From positions 16,159-80,158 of the forward strand of contig JAFXIL010000195.1 in the NCBI GenBank assembly GCA_017563185.1: DNA of 64,000 bases, given 5' to 3'. The position numbers were made by a program, and so were the translations under genes. Below are positions 46,281 through 55,551 of the stretch, piece after piece. The number at the start of each line of letters is the position of its first letter. Positions within the stretch are counted from its first letter, which is position 1. A model generated the notes under the pieces. The model worked only from the letters and a program-made list of their open reading frames with translations. It was not told the origin of the DNA and made no database searches. Source of the DNA: Kiritimatiellia bacterium. GTDB lineage: Bacteria; Verrucomicrobiota; Kiritimatiellia; RFP12; UBA1067.

Positions 46281-47072
46281 TTAATGCCTTTCTTTCTTTG
46301 CTTGAGGTAAATCTTTTTCCATCTCGCTTGGCAGTTTGCCAAGTACAGACTTTACATGTGACACAATAGCGGCTCGTTGCTCTAGCGTAAGACGGTGGCT
46401 TATGGAATGATATATGTGGTTGATTCTGCGAAGCTGGCTGTCTTCTTCCAGGCCCATTTCCTTTTTGAAATGTTCAAGTCGTCTATATTGTGTTGACTGA
46501 CGTCTATCGTTCAGGTTTAATCCAGGCATTGCGCTATCTGCCGCAGTTGCAGCTTGTCGTTCTTTTAGTATTACGTCCAGTAGTATGTTCCACCCCTCTA
46601 TTTTTTCTGGATTACGGAAGAATATGGTGAGCGCAGCCCATTGGCTGATATTCCATTGGTTACGCAAACGAACCTCAAGTCGATTATGTTCCTTTTCCTC
46701 TCCTTGAGCGTCATGTTCAATGTCGAAAGAAATATTCGTAGCGGCTTTAACGTAAATGCCGCTCAGAATTTCATAGAGGTTGGTCTGGGAATCTGCCGTA
46801 GCTTCCTTGCATAAATCATATGCTAGACTGTAGGAGTCGCATCCTCTAGCATCAAGCATTCCTGCTAGTTGCTGAACGCGAGTTTTAAATTTCTCTATGG
46901 CGTTACGCGAATCATCATTTTCTTCTTTTTGCGATGTAACTTGCTCGTGATGAGGCATTGCAACATTGCTCTTGATATCACTACGCTCTCTGCCGTCGCG
47001 ACATCCAACAACTACAGCAATCAGGCAGATGCTGAAGGATAGTGCCTTATCCCGTAATCCAAAGATGCTCAT
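46281..47072 (-). CDS. hypothetical lipoprotein (low-GC segment)
   Basis: The signal peptide carries a lipobox (MSIFGLRDKALSFSICLIAVVVGC). The 263-aa body is charged with no recognisable domain. Its ATG overlaps the stop of the upstream 876-aa gene (ATGA). Confidence 0.5.
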   Translation of the reverse strand: MSIFGLRDKALSFSICLIAVVVGCRDGRERSDIKSNVAMPHHEQVTSQKEENDDSRNAIEKFKTRVQQLAGMLDARGCDSYSLAYDLCKEATADSQTNLYEILSGIYVKAATNISFDIEHDAQGEEKEHNRLEVRLRNQWNISQWAALTIFFRNPEKIEGWNILLDVILKERQAATAADSAMPGLNLNDRRQSTQYRRLEHFKKEMGLEEDSQLRRINHIYHSISHRLTLEQRAAIVSHVKSVLGKLPSEMEKDLPQAKKERH

Positions 47073-49699
47073 TCTGGTAATCTCCCTGTTGTTATGATGG
47101 TGTTTGTACCGCGGATTACGTAATGTCCTGCCTTGATCACGCCAGCAGAGCCGTTTGGCAGAATTGTAAATTTCTGCTGCTCTGGAACTGCATTGGTTCG
47201 GGCTGGCATAGAGTCTCCGATCGTATTATGCTCATTCCACCCTAGTGGAATTGACCATATTATCACACCCTCCTGCCATCCGAACGAAACATCGTTTGTA
47301 AGTACGCCGTCGGGCGTCATTGGCTTAAGTATTCTGGAATTAGATGCTTCGTCCTCAAGCATGAAGAGATTGTCGTCACCTATGTTGAGCCACTCTCCGG
47401 CATGGTGGTCAGTTGTATGCGCCCATTCATCTGAGAATTCCTCGTTGCGAAAATATCCACTTACACCGCCTTCGGTGGTTGGTATCTCTTGCATGGCAAT
47501 GTTTCCGAAAGACACAGTGCGTGGGGCAATATACAGTTCTAGGAGCATACCTACGCCGCCAGCTTCGTTTTCGCCCAATCCAAAGTCAATTTTAGTTACT
47601 CGAGGACAATAGTATTTTCTCGGCTCTAGAATCATACAAGTAGTTTGGTAAGACTCATTGTTGACAGAAATTGTAAGAATACACTCGCCACCCTCTAAAG
47701 GAGCATGGAAGGAATGCGCGGTGTTCCTTAATGCAGAAATGGTCCCCTTGTTGACGTTCCAAGTGGCAGTCAATGATTTAGGCCAATGCCAGCAGGCAAC
47801 TTCTTCTTTTATCCCATAAATGTGCCTGCTCGTATTGCCGTCCAACGGCGCACTACGTATAGCCTCAAGTTGAACCTTGACTGTCGTTGCAGATGCCGAG
47901 TCTGACACAACTTCCAACAGAGACGGGGTGAATGCCGCGTTCACTATGATGTCGTCTGCTGCATCGCTGTGCCGTGCCGCTTCATAATCCACGGCAAACG
48001 ACATGCTACCTCCTGATGGAATCATTGCCATGTAGGGGAAGTGCAGATTGGCCCCGCCAGTTCGGACGAGTTGGTCAATATTCTGCGCTGTCAAGAGTAG
48101 CATGCCGCCGGTTTCTCCACCGTACACCGAGACTGAAAGAGTTGTGCTGGTGGATCGGCGCGCCACAACGTCATTCGGTGCATTCGTGTATGCGTCTTCA
48201 TAGAATACAACCGGCTTGTCAAAATCCACCGAGACGGACGCGGGCAGCTGCGGCATGCCTGGAAAGCCCGATCCAGCCGCAGCACATCCACACCACAACG
48301 ACGGTACGGCGAAAACCGCGCCTTCGAGCGTATATGTTCCGTCAATGGAAGTTCCGCCGCATTCGCAGTTGTCGCATCCCGTGAACCCAATCCAGTTGCC
48401 GCTGGCGACGTATGAACATGACGAGCCACCCGACAAAAGGCGGGGCCCGACACTGCCGCCAAATCCCGGCGTCCACGAGAATGCGCCGCCAGGATCGAAC
48501 GGCTGAACGCCGACGGCGTATCCGCCATCGTCAGGCGAGAGGTCGAACGAGAGCGGCCACTTGACTGTGAACGAGCGTCCGTCGTTGAGTCCATTTATGG
48601 TCACGACCGCGTTGCTGGGCGCTGACACGGAGAATGGCTCCGTGGATGTCACTATGTACTCAACGCCCATCAAAAGCGGAACATGGTTTGTCTCGCCGCC
48701 TCTGGCGATGACTATGGGCGAACCGAGATGAGATTCGCGGTCGGCGTTGAAGCAGATCGGCACAGGACCGCGATCCACCACGACGTCCACGAAGTAGTAG
48801 GCGTTCGTGTTCACAATGTCGGCGCATACGACATTGTACCATTCCTCGTTCGTCCCGTGCGCATCAGGTCCCGCAACGAGCGGCTCCGGGTCGAGGGTGT
48901 TTTCAAGGCCATCGTTGTCCCAGTCGAATGGAAACGCCGGTGCATATTCAACTGTCTGATTTTGATAGCGATACGCAAAGCGTCCGTCAGAGAAGAATTC
49001 CGCCTGGAAGTTGGTTATGCAGCTAACATCGCGGTTCACCGGCGAGTTCTCCCATGTGACGATCAGCGAGTTAGACGGCGATGTCGCATGCCAGAACACG
49101 TTTGAGACGCCGCCCGGCAGGAGATGCCAGTTGAACGCCGGCACCACGGCAAGCGGCGCTTCAAAAGGCGACGGAAAGTAGCATGTGCGCAGAGTCGGAC
49201 GAAACTCGCATTTGGAGAACACGGCCATTCCCTCGAGAAATCCCTCGCGCCATGGGAATGACCAGCCGACAGAAGGAATGCGCATCACATCTTCAAATCC
49301 GCCTCGCACGAGCCACGGCTCGTATGTCTGTGGCGTGCCGAAGGCATCACGCGCCACGATCTCACAACCCTCGCGCGTCTCAGCCACGCGCCAGCTGTTG
49401 GTAATGTCCGCGTCGGCAATTGGAAGCGCGATGTTCCCAGCATTGCGGTCACGCGGGACGCGTGACCCTACTGACCCTACCATGTTTGGCGGATCATTGG
49501 TGTACTTGGCGAAACCCTTGTACACTCCCGTTGCCGCCATCGCGCCCAGCAGCAGCGCCAAAACAAAGTTGTGCTCCTTCACAAGCCACGCAAGCGCATT
49601 GACGCGATTCCACACGAACCACGCCACAGCAACCGCAACACACACTCCCAGCAGTGCATGCAGTACATCTGGCGGCAAGGGATGGAGCATTTTGCACAT
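47069..49699 (-). CDS. large membrane-anchored protein of unknown function (two N-terminal TM helices; Cys/Gly-rich middle; compositionally distinct C-terminal third)
   Basis: 876 aa. TM1 is LHALLGVCVAVAVAWFVW and TM2 is FVLALLLGAMAATGVY. A DxDxDG-like acidic motif (FDWDNDGLENTLDPEP) is thrombospondin-type-3/calcium-binding-like. A Cys cluster (CSYVASGNWIGFTGCDNCECGG…CGCAAAG) follows. Codons about 1-530 are high-GC; the remaining ~340 codons are about 50% GC. The ATG at 49699 abuts the HK stop codon with a 0-nt spacer. Confidence 0.6.
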   Translation of the reverse strand: MCKMLHPLPPDVLHALLGVCVAVAVAWFVWNRVNALAWLVKEHNFVLALLLGAMAATGVYKGFAKYTNDPPNMVGSVGSRVPRDRNAGNIALPIADADITNSWRVAETREGCEIVARDAFGTPQTYEPWLVRGGFEDVMRIPSVGWSFPWREGFLEGMAVFSKCEFRPTLRTCYFPSPFEAPLAVVPAFNWHLLPGGVSNVFWHATSPSNSLIVTWENSPVNRDVSCITNFQAEFFSDGRFAYRYQNQTVEYAPAFPFDWDNDGLENTLDPEPLVAGPDAHGTNEEWYNVVCADIVNTNAYYFVDVVVDRGPVPICFNADRESHLGSPIVIARGGETNHVPLLMGVEYIVTSTEPFSVSAPSNAVVTINGLNDGRSFTVKWPLSFDLSPDDGGYAVGVQPFDPGGAFSWTPGFGGSVGPRLLSGGSSCSYVASGNWIGFTGCDNCECGGTSIDGTYTLEGAVFAVPSLWCGCAAAGSGFPGMPQLPASVSVDFDKPVVFYEDAYTNAPNDVVARRSTSTTLSVSVYGGETGGMLLLTAQNIDQLVRTGGANLHFPYMAMIPSGGSMSFAVDYEAARHSDAADDIIVNAAFTPSLLEVVSDSASATTVKVQLEAIRSAPLDGNTSRHIYGIKEEVACWHWPKSLTATWNVNKGTISALRNTAHSFHAPLEGGECILTISVNNESYQTTCMILEPRKYYCPRVTKIDFGLGENEAGGVGMLLELYIAPRTVSFGNIAMQEIPTTEGGVSGYFRNEEFSDEWAHTTDHHAGEWLNIGDDNLFMLEDEASNSRILKPMTPDGVLTNDVSFGWQEGVIIWSIPLGWNEHNTIGDSMPARTNAVPEQQKFTILPNGSAGVIKAGHYVIRGTNTIITTGRLPE

Positions 49700-50851
49700 T
49701 TATGTGAGGCTCCTGACGCGCTTTTCGAGGCGGGGGACAATTACGGTGAACTTGGTGCCTTCGCCTTCCTTGGACTCCACGTCTATGTCGCCGCCGTGTG
49801 CGCGTGCGATTCTGCGCGAAAGCATCAGGCCAAGGCCCGTTCCCTGCTTCTTCGTGGTGCGGTACGGCTCGAAAAGCGCAGCGACGGCGCTTGGCGCCAT
49901 GCCAGCGCCTGTGTCGCGGAACGACACTGTGACGGAGTCGTCGCTGGAATCGAGCGCGATCGAAAGTTCGCCGCCGTCCTTCATGGCCTCGAGCGCGTTC
50001 TTCACGAGGTTGAAGAACACCTGCTCCATCTGCGCGCGGTCGAGGGCGACTAGCGGAAGGGCGGGTGGAAGGTCGAGGGTCACGCGTATGCGGCGGCTCT
50101 CGATCTGCGGCTTGAGAGTCTCGAGTGTGTCGCGAAGGGGATCAGCAAGCGAGCCGGGCACCAGGTTGGGGCGAACGGGACGCATCGCCTCGAGGAAGCC
50201 GCGGTTGATGTCGATGATGCGGCGGATCTCGTTCTGGGCGGTCGCGACGTCTGCGAGCAGGCGCTCACGCCGGGCGGAGTCCGATTCTTTGCGGAACTCG
50301 CGGGCCATGAGCTGGAGGTTCATTGAAAGGGCGTTTAGCGGGTTGCCGATCTCGTGCGCGAGACCGGCGGCAAGGTCCTGGATGGCGTCCGTGCGCTCGC
50401 TCTCGCGCGCGTCCGCCGCGCGCGCGTGCTCCCCTGTGACATCGCGGATGATCACGACGACGGCGTTGCCGTTGGGAAGGGAGCCAAGCTCGAGTATGCG
50501 GCGCTCGGGGTAGGCGATCTCGATCTCGCAGGAGGCCTTGCGCGCCCAGCCTGCGCCCTCGGCTGAGGGGTTCAGCAGACGGTCCCAGTCCCAGCCCGGC
50601 AGCATGTCGCGTATGGGCTTGCCGCGCCCGCGCGAGAAGGGACATGCCGCCAGACGCTCGGCAATGCTGTTGGAATACATCAGCATACCGCTAGAGTCTA
50701 TCACGAGCACCCCCTCCGAAAGCGTGTTGAAGACTGACTCCAAAAACCCGATTTCGTTGGCAAGGGCCTCGAACTGATGACGACGATCTGCCGCATCGAG
50801 CTTGTCGATTCGGTCAGCGACTTTCTTGAAAAATTTCTTCATGTGCGCCAT
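49700..50851 (-). CDS. cytoplasmic PAS-domain sensor histidine kinase (NtrB-like)
   Basis: It has no TM segment. A PAS-like region is present (LSEGVLVIDSSGMLMYSNSIAERL). The H-box is LAHEIGNPLNAL. The N, G1 and G2 boxes are LVKNALEAM, DTGAGM and GTGLGL. It is 383 aa and is the first gene of the operon. Confidence 0.85.
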   Translation of the reverse strand: MAHMKKFFKKVADRIDKLDAADRRHQFEALANEIGFLESVFNTLSEGVLVIDSSGMLMYSNSIAERLAACPFSRGRGKPIRDMLPGWDWDRLLNPSAEGAGWARKASCEIEIAYPERRILELGSLPNGNAVVVIIRDVTGEHARAADARESERTDAIQDLAAGLAHEIGNPLNALSMNLQLMAREFRKESDSARRERLLADVATAQNEIRRIIDINRGFLEAMRPVRPNLVPGSLADPLRDTLETLKPQIESRRIRVTLDLPPALPLVALDRAQMEQVFFNLVKNALEAMKDGGELSIALDSSDDSVTVSFRDTGAGMAPSAVAALFEPYRTTKKQGTGLGLMLSRRIARAHGGDIDVESKEGEGTKFTVIVPRLEKRVRSLT

Positions 50852-50878
50852 TTAGTCCCAATGAAACCATTTGGCACA

Positions 50879-50887
50879 ATTATATCA
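50879..50887 (-). promoter_or_regulatory. extended -10 element TGaTATAAT on the minus strand, ~36 nt upstream of the histidine-kinase ATG (putative operon promoter)
   Basis: The reverse complement of 50879-50887 is TGATATAAT. This is the same TGATATA(A/C)T core seen at 24456 and 25628. Confidence 0.4.
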
Positions 50888-50962
50888 TTTTCTAGCTTGC
50901 AGTTCAATAGTGGATTTACATCGATTTAAAATGCCGGAGTTACTCAAAAAAGCGATTCTCTA

Positions 50963-50991
50963 TTGACGCGCGTTTAGCACAATGGTATGAT
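50963..50991 (+). promoter_or_regulatory. putative sigma70 promoter (-35 TTGACG, 17-nt spacer, -10 TATGAT) for the metallophosphoesterase gene
   Basis: TTGACG at 50963-50968 and TATGAT at 50986-50991. RBS aaggagagg precedes the ATG at 51036. Confidence 0.4.
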
Positions 50992-51035
50992 ATGGCGTGA
51001 TTTTTCAGACGGCAACGAGCAAGGAGAGGCATATA

Positions 51036-52766
51036 ATGAAACGACGTGAGTTCATTGGCGGCATGGTGGCTGTCGGCACAAGCCCGCTTTTCGGCGTGGC
51101 GGGTGACGGAGGTGAACGCATCGCCAGAATAGGACTCATTACCGACACCCATGTTGAGACGACTCTTGAAAGCTGCTCCCGCGTGCGTGCCGCGCTTTCG
51201 CTCTTCAAGGCCAAGGGTGCGGAGATGGTGATCAACTGCGGCGACATCGCCGACCGCCACTATCCCCAGGGCTATCGTTTCTACAGGCAGACCGTCAACG
51301 AGGTCTTTCCCGACCCGGCGTCGCGTCCGAAGGAGATATTCGTGTACGCCTGGCACGACCTCATCAACCATGACAAGGTGCTGGGCGGCAAATGGGATCC
51401 TGTGGCCGCATACGCCAATGTGCGCAAGCAGCTAGAGGCCCCCAATCCGCCTTTCTGCGACTTCGTGTGGAAGGGCCTTCCTTTCGTGGTGGCCACGCAG
51501 AACGTCGGCATGAAGGGTTTCCCCTCGTGGGAGGAATACGAGAAGACCGTCGATCGCGTGTGTGCCGCCAACCCCGGAAAGCCGGTGTTCGTGTGCGACC
51601 ACCTGCCGCCCGCCGGCACCACGTTCCACAGCCGCGAATGGGGCAGCGAGAGATGCCGCCGCATGCTCAACCGCTTCCCGCAGGTGGTGTCGCTTTCGGG
51701 GCACGTTCACGGCTCGCTCGCGAACGAGCGCCAGATATGGCAGGGCGAGTTCACGGCCGTTAACATCGGCTGTCTCCAGACTTGGGGCGGCTTTGCGTCC
51801 GGCTCAACCCCGCCTCGCCAGGCGAAGCCCAACTTCGGCGCGATTGTGATGGACGTCTTTGCCGACCGTCTCGAGTTCCATCGCCACGACGTGCGCGACG
51901 GCTCCGAGATCGCCCCTCCATGGGTGGTGCCTCTTCCGTTCGATCCTTCCGCCGCACCCTACGCGCCCGCCCGCGCCGCCGCGCGCGTGAGGAGACTGCC
52001 GGCATTCAATGACGGCGCGAAGGTGGAGGTGAAGCCCGTCGCCTCCGGCTTTGAGGTGAAGTTCGACGACGCCACCACGCCCCAGGCGTTCATGTACCGC
52101 ATCCAGTGCGAGCGCAGAAACGCGCTCGGCGAATGGGAGGCCTTCTCGCGGGACGACGTGTTCAGCGAATTCTGGAAGGCGAAGGCCGACCGCACAGGCG
52201 TCATCAGCCACGTTCTCGCCTCGGGCTTCTTCTCGCCGCGCGGCGAATACCGCGTGTCGGTGCGTCCGCTCGACTTCTTCTACCGCGCCGGCGCGGAAAT
52301 CGCTTCGCAGGCGGCGACCATGCCTGGAGAGCCAGCCCCCGAAGAGTTGTGGAGGATCGAGCCTCCCGTGCGCAAGCTTCGCTTCACCGAATACAATAAA
52401 GCGGTGGCGGAGACCGTAGGCGGCAGGTTCGCGCCGTCCACCGGGCAGGGCACGCTGTGGCTCCCCGAGAATGCGTTCGCGAATCTCGTGCCCGGAAAGC
52501 GCCACCAGCTTGTGCTGGACCTCGACAGCTGCCTGCCGGACGGCGACTGGTGCGGCTGGCGCGTGCGCCTCGCCCCGCGCTCGGGCGGAAGCGTGCCGGC
52601 CAGCAGCGCCCTCACGGCATCTGGCTCTCCCGGCACGCTGCGCTACGTGTTCACGTTCACAACTCCGGCGGACGGCTCGTTCCCCGCCTCCTGCAACATC
52701 ACATTCAACAACCACCTTCCCGGCGCAAGCCTTCGCGTGGCCGGAATCCGCCTTCTGCGCGGCTGA
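51036..52766 (+). CDS. calcineurin-like metallophosphoesterase with twin-arginine signal, plus C-terminal beta-rich extension
   Basis: MKRREFIGGMVAVGTSPLFG is a TAT motif. Metallophosphoesterase motifs are ITDTHV (DxH), GDIADR (GDxxDR) and LSGHVHG (GHxH). The ~250-aa C-terminal extension has no obvious domain. Confidence 0.8.
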   Translation: MKRREFIGGMVAVGTSPLFGVAGDGGERIARIGLITDTHVETTLESCSRVRAALSLFKAKGAEMVINCGDIADRHYPQGYRFYRQTVNEVFPDPASRPKEIFVYAWHDLINHDKVLGGKWDPVAAYANVRKQLEAPNPPFCDFVWKGLPFVVATQNVGMKGFPSWEEYEKTVDRVCAANPGKPVFVCDHLPPAGTTFHSREWGSERCRRMLNRFPQVVSLSGHVHGSLANERQIWQGEFTAVNIGCLQTWGGFASGSTPPRQAKPNFGAIVMDVFADRLEFHRHDVRDGSEIAPPWVVPLPFDPSAAPYAPARAAARVRRLPAFNDGAKVEVKPVASGFEVKFDDATTPQAFMYRIQCERRNALGEWEAFSRDDVFSEFWKAKADRTGVISHVLASGFFSPRGEYRVSVRPLDFFYRAGAEIASQAATMPGEPAPEELWRIEPPVRKLRFTEYNKAVAETVGGRFAPSTGQGTLWLPENAFANLVPGKRHQLVLDLDSCLPDGDWCGWRVRLAPRSGGSVPASSALTASGSPGTLRYVFTFTTPADGSFPASCNITFNNHLPGASLRVAGIRLLRG

Positions 52767-52921
52767 AAGGAGACCTATGGCAAGTCAACTGAATTCCAGC
52801 ATGTCCGCCGCGCGCGTCGCGGTCGCGGGCGTTCTCTCCCAACACCGAACGCGGCCTGATGGAGCTGGGCGAATGGCTGCCGGCAAACTGGAACGACGGC
52901 TGACCGCTGCGGGAGCAAGGC

Positions 52922-54451
52922 ATGAACTACATCCTGGCGCATGACCTTGGAACGAGCGGCAACAAGGCCACTCTGTACGCGGCTGACGGCACGGCATGCG
53001 CAAGCGTGCTCGCAGCCTACGACACGCGCTTCTTCAACGGTTGCTGGGCCGAGCAGAATCCAGACGACTGGTGGAAGGCCGTGTGCGACTCCACGCGGGA
53101 GCTGCTGGAGCGCGCGCGCGTGGACCCGCGCGACGTGGCGGTGGTGGCGCTGAGCGGGCAGATGATGGGATGCACGCCCGTGGACGCGGAAGGACGCGCC
53201 CTCAGGCCGTCCATGCTCTACTGCGACCAGCGCGCGACTGCCGAGGCAGACGCCATCCTTTCGCGGATGTCACTTGCCGACTTCTACCGCATCGTCGGCC
53301 ACCGCGTGAGCGCCTCCTACTCCCTCGAGAAGCTCATGTGGCTGCGCGCAAACGAGCCAGAGGTGTTCGCGAAGACGGCGAAGACGCTCTGCGCGAAGGA
53401 CTACGTGAACTGCCGCCTCACAGGCCGCATGGCCACCGACTACTCCGACGCGAGCGGCACGAACGCGTTCGACATAAACACATTCAAGTGGTCGGGGGAG
53501 GTTCTTGCCTGCGCCGGAATCGCGCTGGACCTCTTCCCCGAGGCGCTGCCATCCACGGCGATCCTCGGCGGAGTGACCTCCGAGGCGGCCGCCGCGACAG
53601 GGCTTCTCGAAGGCACGCCCGTAGCGGTTGGCGGCGGCGATGGAAGCGCGGCTGGCGTTGGCGTGGGATGTGTGAGGCCTGGCTCTGCGTACAACTGCAT
53701 GGGATCTTCGAGCTGGATCGCGCTCACGGTCAGGGATCCCGTTGTGGATCCTGAGATGCGCACGATGAACTGGGCGCACTGCGTGCCGGGATATCTGCAT
53801 CCGTCGGGCACGATGCAGACTGCCGGGTCGAGCTTCAAGTGGCTTGCCGAGCAGCTGTGCGCCGAGGAGACCGCCGAGGCGGCGCGCGCTGGAGGCTCGA
53901 AGTATGCGCTGATCGACGCGAAGGCCGCTTCCTCGCCCGCCGGCGCCAATGGCGTGCTCTTTCTGCCGTACATGCTGGGCGAGCGCACTCCGTGGTGGAA
54001 TCCGGACGCGCGCGGCGCGTTCGTCGGGCTCAACCTCGCGACGAAGCGCGCCGACATGCTGCGCGCGGTGCTGGAGGGGGTGGCGATGAATCTCGGGTAC
54101 ATCGTGGACATCTTCCGGAACGGCGGCGTGTCGTTCGACGGCGGCCTCAGGATCATCGGCGGAGGCGCGCAGAGCCGCGTGCTGCGGCAGATCCTCGCGG
54201 ACGCATGCGGCTGCCCGGTGCATACGCTTCAGTCCACGGCCGAGGCGACGTCCATGGGCGCCGCCATAATCGGCGGCGTGGCGTGCGGCATGTTCCCGGG
54301 ATTCGACGTTGTGGACGATCTTCTCAAGACGTCCGAGACCATCGCCCCAGACCCTTCGCGCGTCGAGTTCTACCGCGGCCGCACGAAGCTGCTTGCCAAG
54401 GCGTATAGATCGCTCGTGGGCGTGTACGCGGATCTCGCGGCGGGAATGTGA
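52922..54451 (+). CDS. FGGY-family carbohydrate kinase (xylulokinase-like)
   Basis: The N-terminus MNYILAHDLGTSGNKATLY is the FGGY N-terminal motif. The C-terminal signature is …GGGAQSRVLRQILADACG…. It is 509 aa with RBS gggag upstream. Confidence 0.85.
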   Translation: MNYILAHDLGTSGNKATLYAADGTACASVLAAYDTRFFNGCWAEQNPDDWWKAVCDSTRELLERARVDPRDVAVVALSGQMMGCTPVDAEGRALRPSMLYCDQRATAEADAILSRMSLADFYRIVGHRVSASYSLEKLMWLRANEPEVFAKTAKTLCAKDYVNCRLTGRMATDYSDASGTNAFDINTFKWSGEVLACAGIALDLFPEALPSTAILGGVTSEAAAATGLLEGTPVAVGGGDGSAAGVGVGCVRPGSAYNCMGSSSWIALTVRDPVVDPEMRTMNWAHCVPGYLHPSGTMQTAGSSFKWLAEQLCAEETAEAARAGGSKYALIDAKAASSPAGANGVLFLPYMLGERTPWWNPDARGAFVGLNLATKRADMLRAVLEGVAMNLGYIVDIFRNGGVSFDGGLRIIGGGAQSRVLRQILADACGCPVHTLQSTAEATSMGAAIIGGVACGMFPGFDVVDDLLKTSETIAPDPSRVEFYRGRTKLLAKAYRSLVGVYADLAAGM

Positions 54452-54511
54452 TGTGTTGTGCCATGCGGGAGTTTTTGGTAGAATATCGCCTTATTCAATT
54501 TAGGAGCAAAT

Positions 54512-55534
54512 GTGGACTTGAACAGTAACATTCCTCTGGTGCTTTCGCTGGTCTTCATCGTGGGAGGCCTCGCTGCGCTGTGCTGGAGCGCCGACCGCTT
54601 CATTTCGGCGGCGGCGCGCATTGCGCGCGCAATCGGGATGTCGCCGATGATCGTGGGCATGGTGGTGATAGGCTTCGGCACGAGCGCGCCGGAGATGGCG
54701 GTGTCGGTTCTCTCCGGAATGGCGAAGCACTCCAACCTGTCTCTCGGCAATGCGTACGGATCGTGCATATTCAACATCGCGCTGATCCTCGGCGTGTCGT
54801 CCGTGATATGGCCGCTGAAGGTGAAGCCGTCTATATGCAAGATCGGCGTGCCGCTGCTGATGGCGGTCACGGGGCTTTCGTTTCTGCTTGTGAAGGACAT
54901 GGCGTTCGAGCGCTCGAACGGCGTGGTCTTGCTGGCGCTGTTCGCGCTGATGATGCCGGCCTACTGCATCTACGACCAGAAGATGCAGGGGGGCGGTTCG
55001 CCGCTGAAGGTCAAGAGCGCTGAGCGTCCGCCACTGCGCGTCGTCGATTTCGCACGGCTTGTCTTCGGGCTGGCGTTGCTCGTGGCGTCGTCTCACCTGC
55101 TCGTGTGGGGATGCGTGGACTTCGCGCGCGACGTGCTGGAGGTGGACGATCTCATAATCGGCCTGACGATAGTGGCGGCAGGAACTTCTCTTCCAGAGCT
55201 CGCGAGCGCGGTCGCCTCGGCCCGCAGGGGCGAGCACGAGTTCGTGATCGGCAACATAGTGGGCTCCAACCTCTTCAACATGCTCGCCGTCGTGGGCCTG
55301 GCCGGAGCAATCGCCCCGTTCAGCGGGTACAGCCGCTACATCGTCTCGCGCGACATTCCGATGATGGCCGGCGTCACGGCGTTCGTGTTCATCTTCGGCT
55401 TCAACTGGCGCAGGCCGAGCGAGGCGGGGCGCATAGGCCGCCGAGCCGGCGCGTTGTGGATACTGTCTTTCGTGGCCTACGTCCTGATCATGATCGCGCA
55501 GGAGACGCGGCTGCGGGGAACCGGCATGCTCTAG
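54512..55534 (+). CDS. Ca2+/Na+ (CaCA-family, YrbG-like) antiporter
   Basis: Two alpha-repeat motifs are present: GFGTSAPEMAVSV and AAGTSLPELASAV. It has about 10 TM segments and a GTG start with RBS aggagc. Confidence 0.85.
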   Translation: MDLNSNIPLVLSLVFIVGGLAALCWSADRFISAAARIARAIGMSPMIVGMVVIGFGTSAPEMAVSVLSGMAKHSNLSLGNAYGSCIFNIALILGVSSVIWPLKVKPSICKIGVPLLMAVTGLSFLLVKDMAFERSNGVVLLALFALMMPAYCIYDQKMQGGGSPLKVKSAERPPLRVVDFARLVFGLALLVASSHLLVWGCVDFARDVLEVDDLIIGLTIVAAGTSLPELASAVASARRGEHEFVIGNIVGSNLFNMLAVVGLAGAIAPFSGYSRYIVSRDIPMMAGVTAFVFIFGFNWRRPSEAGRIGRRAGALWILSFVAYVLIMIAQETRLRGTGML

Positions 55535-55551
55535 GAAAGGAAGGACGGCAC

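Noticed and set aside
50872-50900. TGGCAC motif (tTGGCACaattaTATCA) resembling a sigma54 -24 element upstream of the metallophosphoesterase gene
   Set aside because: The -12 element (TTGC) is missing at the required 5-nt spacing. On the opposite strand the same bases form a much better TGATATAAT extended -10 for the HK operon.
52777-52944. 55-codon ORF with a strong SD (GAAAGGAGACCT-ATG) between the metallophosphoesterase and FGGY kinase genes, overlapping the kinase start by 23 nt
   Set aside because: Its composition is low-complexity (A/R/G-rich), it has no homology signal, and the same stretch provides the kinase's own RBS. It is probably not a real gene; the SD may simply serve the kinase.
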